Assembly: GCA_045532675.1 (NCBI GenBank)
Contig: JAZSGJ010000102.1
Location: forward strand, 1 to 42,966
DNA from: Eubacteriales bacterium
GTDB taxonomy: Bacteria > Bacillota > Clostridia > Oscillospirales > CAG-272
DNA length: 42,966 bases
Direction of reading: 5' to 3'
Made by a program: the position numbers and the translations under genes. Numbering within the stretch: position 1 is the first letter of the stretch; each line of letters begins with the position of its first letter. This document shows, one piece after another, positions 38,242 to 42,966 of this stretch. The notes beneath the pieces are model-generated. The model made no database searches and was not told where the DNA came from. It saw nothing but the letters and a program-made list of their open reading frames with translations.

Positions 38242-38267
38242 ATATTAGAGAGAAGATTTATTGACAT

Positions 38268-38588
38268 ATGTTTGCGAAAGAATACGATTTAAACTTTCTT
38301 CCCGACGATACGATCGGCAAATACGAGGTCAAGTATCACGACGTTCGCGACGAGCCGTTCAGGCTCTACGGTGTCCGGCATGACGGGGAGCGGTTCGCTA
38401 TAATAAAGAAAACCTATGATAACGCGAGGGCGTCGGGTGATGAAAACGTTTACATCATAAATGGTCTCGAGTGCTTTACTGAATACGGTCCCGAATGTAC
38501 CGTTGACGGCACACACCCGAATGATTTCGGCTATCGCTTTATGGCGGAGAGGATAAGCAAAGTCCTAAAAGAGATTCTTGATAAATAA
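38268..38588 (+). pseudogene. SGNH hydrolase with a large in-frame internal deletion
   Basis: N-terminus (YHDVRDEPFRLYGV) joined directly to a C-terminus (TYDNARASGDENVYIING...TVDGTHPNDFGY); no GDS block. Confidence 0.7.
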
Positions 38589-38643
38589 AAAAACTAAGCG
38601 GTGTACCTGCCCTACGGCATTAAGGTATGCTGCTTAGTTTTTT
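38587..38643. terminator. Bidirectional terminator-like hairpin
   Basis: AAAAAACTAAGCGGTGTACCT...AGGTATGCTGCTTAGTTTTTT. Confidence 0.7.
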
Positions 38644-38720
38644 GTTTTATCTGCGCAAGGCGGCGCCTTTTCGTTGTTCGCAGGGGTGCGTTTGGCGGGG
38701 TGATTTTGCGACAGCCGCCG

Positions 38721-39302
38721 TTACGATACGATAGCCGAGATGACCGAGGATATCTCCGCACAAAGCCTGTCTTTTGGCAGGGCTTTGCCGCTCTTCAACC
38801 ACCAAACAATAGTTCCGGCGACGGCACTCGTCATCATGGATGCCGTAATCTCGACAGATGCGGGAAGCCTTGCACCCTCGTCCGTGGTTTGCCTGAGTCT
38901 GTTCTGCGTATCCTCGAAATTTCTGCTTATTATGACTTGGATAAGGCTTGGGAGCATATCGCTGTCAAGTGCGTTTTGTATCATGGCTTCGTTTTCGGTG
39001 ATAAAGTCGATTATAGCCACGGCGTACTCGGTATAGTAGTCGGCAGGCGAGGAGACCTTTTTTTGCATCATCGGATATCTTCTGTCAAAATTCTCCCGCA
39101 AATGACCTACGAAATATTCGAGAAAGCCGTATTTGCCGGAAAAGTGCTTGTAAAAGGTCGCGCGCCTGACTCCCGCGCGGTCGCAAAGCTCGTTCACGTT
39201 TATATCCTCAAATTTTCTATCGCACAGAAGCCTTGAGAATTCCTCTGTCAGCTTCGCTTTCGTTTTTATGACTCTTGCATCGTTCGGGTTGATTTTGGCC
39301 AT
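38721..39302 (-). CDS. TetR/AcrR-family transcriptional regulator
   Basis: DARVIKTK...INVNELCDRAGVRRATFYKHF helix-turn-helix. Confidence 0.93.
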   Translation of the reverse strand: MAKINPNDARVIKTKAKLTEEFSRLLCDRKFEDINVNELCDRAGVRRATFYKHFSGKYGFLEYFVGHLRENFDRRYPMMQKKVSSPADYYTEYAVAIIDFITENEAMIQNALDSDMLPSLIQVIISRNFEDTQNRLRQTTDEGARLPASVEITASMMTSAVAGTIVWWLKSGKALPKDRLCAEISSVISAIVS

Positions 39303-39338
39303 TTCTCCGCCTTTCCGGTTATTATCTTTTTTGATATA

Positions 39339-39367
39339 ATTATAGAATAATAATTGACACGTGTCAA
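39339..39367 (-). promoter_or_regulatory. Consensus promoter of tetR with a palindromic operator over the -35
   Basis: Minus strand TTGACA-17 bp-TATAAT; perfect palindrome TTGACACGTGTCAA at 39354-39367. Confidence 0.78.
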
Positions 39368-39420
39368 GTAAGTGACTTTAAAAAACTGTAAATTTAGGAT
39401 GATAAAATTTTAACAATGTA

Positions 39421-39449
39421 TTGACTATTCTCCGCTTTTGTGCTAACAT
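39421..39449 (+). promoter_or_regulatory. Sigma-A promoter of pgk-tpiA
   Basis: TTGACT-17 bp-TAACAT with extended TG. Confidence 0.6.
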
Positions 39450-39484
39450 ATATAAGGTAAATAATTATAATTAAGGAGAAAAAC

Positions 39485-40801
39485 ATGGCAACCTACAATA
39501 AGAAGAACATTGAAGACGTTGAAGTAGCCGGCAAAACAGTGCTTGTTCGCTGCGATTTCAACGTTCCCATGAAGGACGGAGTTATTACTTCCGACAAGAG
39601 AATAGTGGAGGCGCTCCCCACCGTTAAGTATCTTATGGAAAAGGGTGCAAAGGTTATTCTTTGCTCTCACATGGGTAAGCCCCACAATATCTTTACCGAG
39701 GGCTTCGGTCTTACCAAGAAGGAGAAGAAGGCTGTTGAGGCTCTTCCCGAGGCTGAAAAGGCAGCGGCAAAGGCTGAGTATCTTGCAAAGGCTTTGAAGT
39801 CCGACAAGACAAAGCTCACCCTCAAGCCCGTATGTGACAGGATCAACGAGCTTCTCGGCGAGGAGAAGGTGATATTTGCCGAGGACATTATCGGTGCTGA
39901 TGCAAAGGCTAAGGTTGCGGCTCTCAAGCCCGGCTATGCCGTACTTCTTGAGAATACGAGATTTGACGCACGCGAGGAAAAGAACGGTGCTGATTTCGCA
40001 AAGGAGCTTGCTTCCTATGCGGATATATTCGTAAACGACGCTTTCGGTGCGGCTCACAGAGCTCACGCATCTACCGCAGGCGTTGCCGATTACATTCCCG
40101 CAGTTTGCGGCTACCTTATCGAGAAGGAAATCTCGGTTATGGGTAAGGCTCTTTCCAATCCCGAGCGTCCATTTGTTGCAATCCTCGGCGGAGCAAAGGT
40201 CGCTGATAAGCTTAACGTTATCGATAACCTTCTTGCAAAGGTTGATACTCTTATTATCGGCGGCGGTATGGCGTATACCTTCGCTGCCGCAAAGGGATAC
40301 GGTGTAGGAAATTCTCTTCTTGACGAAACCAAGCTTGATTACTGCCGTGAGATGATGGCGAAGGCAGAGAATAACGGCGTTCAGCTTCTTCTCCCCATCG
40401 ACACCGCAATTGCAAAGGAATTCCCGAACCCCATCGATGCTGAAATTGACGTTGATTACGTTGACACTGATAAGATTCCCGCTGATATGCAGGGACTTGA
40501 TATAGGTCCTAAGACCGCTAAGCTCTTCGCTGACGCAGTTCTTTGCGCAAAGACGGTTGTTTGGAACGGACCTATGGGTGTTTTTGAGAATCCCACTCTC
40601 GCAAAGGGAACTATCGCGGTAGCTCAGGCCCTTGCTGATAGCTCTGCTATCACAATCGTTGGCGGCGGTGACTCTGCCGCAGCTTGTGAGCAGCTTGGAT
40701 TTGCTCCCAAGATTACTCACATTTCAACAGGCGGCGGCGCATCGCTTGAATTCCTTGAGGGCAAGAATCTTCCCGGCATCTCCTGCCTCCTTGATAAATA
40801 A
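39485..40801 (+). CDS. pgk: Phosphoglycerate kinase (with an internal insertion)
   Basis: [53 protein letters not shown]. Confidence 0.97.
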   Translation: MATYNKKNIEDVEVAGKTVLVRCDFNVPMKDGVITSDKRIVEALPTVKYLMEKGAKVILCSHMGKPHNIFTEGFGLTKKEKKAVEALPEAEKAAAKAEYLAKALKSDKTKLTLKPVCDRINELLGEEKVIFAEDIIGADAKAKVAALKPGYAVLLENTRFDAREEKNGADFAKELASYADIFVNDAFGAAHRAHASTAGVADYIPAVCGYLIEKEISVMGKALSNPERPFVAILGGAKVADKLNVIDNLLAKVDTLIIGGGMAYTFAAAKGYGVGNSLLDETKLDYCREMMAKAENNGVQLLLPIDTAIAKEFPNPIDAEIDVDYVDTDKIPADMQGLDIGPKTAKLFADAVLCAKTVVWNGPMGVFENPTLAKGTIAVAQALADSSAITIVGGGDSAAACEQLGFAPKITHISTGGGASLEFLEGKNLPGISCLLDK

Positions 40802-40938
40802 TTTTTGATTCTAGCCGCTGTTTTTCGTCATTCGCAGCAGATTTCTGCAATTTCGGACGAAAGAACAACGCTTTTAATTCAAAAAAATCTAAAACCAAAT
40901 AATCAGTGATTCAATTATTAATTTAAAAGGAATATAAA

Positions 40939-41694
40939 ATGAGAAGAACAGTAATAGCAGGAAACTGGAAAATGAATATGACGCCCTCTGAAACTAAGGT
41001 GTTTATTACAGAGCTTGCTCCTATGGTAAAGGGACTTGACAAGTGCGATATAGTGCTTTGCGTTCCGGCAATAGACATCCCTGCTGCAGTTGAGGCTGCA
41101 AAGGGCTCTAACATCAAGATTGGTGCAGAGAACGTTCACTTTAAGGCATCCGGAGCTTACACGGGTGAGCTTTCCGCTGCGATGCTTGTTGAAGCAGGCG
41201 TTGAGTACGTTGTTATCGGTCACTCTGAGCGCCGTCAGTATTTTGGTGAGACCGACAAGACCGTAAACCTTCGTACAAAGGCGGCTCTTGAGGCAGGTCT
41301 TAAGGCAATCGTTTGCGTAGGAGAGACGCTTGAGGAGCGTGAGCTCGGATATACCGAAACCCTCCTTAAGTATCAGACGAAGATTGCTCTTACCGGCATT
41401 TCAAAGGAGCAGCTTAAGAACGTTATCGTAGCTTATGAGCCTGTTTGGGCTATCGGTACGGGCGTTACCGCTACCGCAGAGCAGGCAGACGAGGGCAACG
41501 GCTTTGTCAGAGCGGCTATCGCTGAGGCATTCGGTGCTGATGCGGCAGAGGAAGTAACCGTTCAGTACGGCGGATCAATGAACGACGGCAATGCTAAAGA
41601 GCTACTTTCAAAGGTTAACGTTGACGGCGGTCTTATCGGCGGAGCATCGCTTAAAACCGATAAGTTTACGGCTATCGTAAAGGCTGCAAACTGA
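40939..41694 (+). CDS. tpiA: Triosephosphate isomerase
   Basis: AGNWKMN, GHSERR, AYEPVWAIGTG, YGGS, GGASL. Confidence 0.98.
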   Translation: MRRTVIAGNWKMNMTPSETKVFITELAPMVKGLDKCDIVLCVPAIDIPAAVEAAKGSNIKIGAENVHFKASGAYTGELSAAMLVEAGVEYVVIGHSERRQYFGETDKTVNLRTKAALEAGLKAIVCVGETLEERELGYTETLLKYQTKIALTGISKEQLKNVIVAYEPVWAIGTGVTATAEQADEGNGFVRAAIAEAFGADAAEEVTVQYGGSMNDGNAKELLSKVNVDGGLIGGASLKTDKFTAIVKAAN

Positions 41695-41720
41695 TTTAAT
41701 CGAATACCGTGTTAAATTAG

Positions 41721-41756
41721 AATATGGGCTGTCTCATTAAGACAGCCCATATTTTG
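41721..41756. terminator. Intrinsic terminator after tpiA
   Basis: AATATGGGCTGTCT-catta-AGACAGCCCATATT followed by T-rich sequence. Confidence 0.85.
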
Positions 41757-41785
41757 TTTGATTAAATGAAATTAATTTTTGATAT

Positions 41786-41977
41786 TTACTTGCTGTAAAG
41801 TATGCTTTCCTCTACCGCAATCTCACCGTTTTCCTTTTCATATTCATTAACGCAAATCTGCGCAAGGTATTCAAGCTGAGCATTAAGTAAACGCTTGTTT
41901 TGTTTAGCGACATGCGCTATTTTATAAAGAAGCTCGGGTTCAAATCTTATACCTGTTTGTATTTTATTAGTTGCCAT
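41786..41977 (-). CDS. Arc-like ribbon-helix-helix DNA-binding protein
   Basis: KIQTGIRFEPELLYKIAHVAKQNKRLLNAQLEY fits the RHH pattern; followed by YEKENGEI. Confidence 0.75.
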   Translation of the reverse strand: MATNKIQTGIRFEPELLYKIAHVAKQNKRLLNAQLEYLAQICVNEYEKENGEIAVEESILYSK

Positions 41978-42081
41978 AATAACACATCAAAAACATTTTG
42001 ATAACATTATACACACTTTCCTCTTGATTTTACACAAACAAAGTGTTATCATGTATTAAGAAATTATTCCAGGTGAAATAA

Positions 42082-42327
42082 ATGAATGGTATAGAAAAAT
42101 ATATTGATGATCTTGGAAGAGTAGTAATACCTATAAAATTCAGGGATAGGTTGGGAATGAAATGCAGAGCAAGATTTTTAGTCAATTTAAAAGAAAATGC
42201 TGTTTGTATATCCTTGGCAGAGAAATATTGCATTTTATGCGGTGATGTAAGCGAAATTGTTGATGAATTTCGTATGTGCAAAAAGTGTATTAGGAAAATA
42301 AAGAAAGCGGCTTTAGATGGGTTGTGA
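42082..42327 (+). CDS. AbrB/MazE/SpoVT-family regulator with a C-terminal CxxC...CxxC
   Basis: IDDLGRVVIP; CILCG...MCKKC; AGGTG RBS. Confidence 0.85.
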   Translation: MNGIEKYIDDLGRVVIPIKFRDRLGMKCRARFLVNLKENAVCISLAEKYCILCGDVSEIVDEFRMCKKCIRKIKKAALDGL

Positions 42328-42385
42328 TTCTAATAAATTAGAAAACGATTTTGATGTTAGTAGTTTTGTCATATTTTAGACTGTA

Positions 42386-42466
42386 AATATTGTACAATAT
42401 TAACAAAAACAAACTTTAAAAACCGTGAAAATGCATCTTGGAATATTGAAATATTTATGATAGAAT
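42386..42466 (+). promoter_or_regulatory. Palindromic site and promoter upstream of the sugar ABC ATPase
   Basis: AATATTGTACAATATT (42386-42401); TTGGAA-17 bp-TAGAAT with extended TG (42438-42466). Confidence 0.5.
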
Positions 42467-42502
42467 TATAACATCAAAATAATAGTTTAGGAGATTTTTA
42501 AA

Positions 42503-42966
42503 ATGGCAGGTCTTTCACTCAGACACATTTACAAAAAGTACCCCGGCGGCGTTGTAGCTGTATCCGACTTTAACCTTGAAATCAAGGATAAGGAATTCCT
42601 TATTTTCGTTGGTCCTTCGGGATGTGGTAAGTCCACTACTCTTCGTATGATAGCAGGTCTTGAAGAGATTTCAGAAGGTGAGCTTTACATAGGCGACAGA
42701 TACGTTAACGACGTTGCTCCTAAGGACAGAGATATAGCGATGGTGTTCCAGAACTACGCTCTTTATCCTCACATGACAGTATTTGATAACATGGCTTTCG
42801 GTCTTAAGCTCCGTAAGGTTCCGAAGGAAGAAATTAAGAGACGCGTTGAAGAGGCTGCAAGAATTCTTGACATCAGCCACCTTCTCGAGCGTCGTCCCAA
42901 GGCTCTTTCGGGTGGTCAGAAGCAGAGAGTTGCGCCTGGACGTGCTATCGTACGTAACCCCAAGGT
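42503..42966 (+). CDS. ugpC: Sugar ABC transporter ATP-binding protein (UgpC/MsmK/MalK family), partial; runs off the window end
   Basis: Manual translation [13 protein letters not shown]...[19 protein letters not shown]...[12 protein letters not shown]...LSGGQKQR; AGGAG RBS. Not in the ORF track. Confidence 0.93.
   Translation, partial: MAGLSLRHIYKKYPGGVVAVSDFNLEIKDKEFLIFVGPSGCGKSTTLRMIAGLEEISEGELYIGDRYVNDVAPKDRDIAMVFQNYALYPHMTVFDNMAFGLKLRKVPKEEIKRRVEEAARILDISHLLERRPKALSGGQKQRVAPGRAIVRNPK

Noticed and set aside
38601-39236. 211-aa plus-strand ORF
   Set aside because: Starts inside a terminator hairpin and overlaps tetR antisense.
39443-40720. 425-aa ORF antisense to pgk
   Set aside because: Shadow frame expected from strong codon bias in a highly expressed gene; no recognisable motifs.
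41786-42327. Toxin-antitoxin module
   Set aside because: Both proteins are DNA-binding types, they are divergent rather than co-transcribed, and no toxin is present.
42671-42880. 69-aa minus-strand ORF
   Set aside because: Antisense to the real, stop-less plus-strand ABC ATPase starting at 42503.

Overview
Chromosomal window from a low-GC Gram-positive anaerobe, most likely Clostridia (inferred from gene content, sigma-A-type promoters and RBS style). From left to right: (1) the 3' end of an aldo/keto reductase; (2) a minus-strand surface-glycan operon (wzm, wzt, two paralogous double-GT4 glycosyltransferases, a membrane protein); (3) a decayed zone of about 1.8 kb with an SGNH remnant, a promoter-bearing region of repeated micro-ORFs and hairpins, a 5'-truncated GT2 and an IS110 remnant; (4) a divergent catabolic locus (SGNH esterase and AraC versus a clan-A GH, GH20, a beta-propeller GH, a PHP metallohydrolase and a His-phosphatase/metallophosphoesterase fusion); (5) a 1424-aa CoA-activase/dehydratase fusion, pepF, and MarR with a heterodimeric ABC exporter; (6) thiI and an rsuA-tex-DUF5685-J-domain-membrane protein-rimO-pgsA operon; (7) an internally deleted SGNH gene, TetR, pgk with an insertion of about 40 aa, tpiA, a divergent RHH/AbrB pair and the 5' part of a sugar ABC ATPase. 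No rRNA, tRNA or CRISPR array was seen. The best candidates for new biology are the DUF5685/Cys-tailed J-protein module, the glycosidase-plus-phosphoesterase locus and the micro-ORF region at 7.8-8.3 kb. All calls come from reading motifs by eye; no searches were run.
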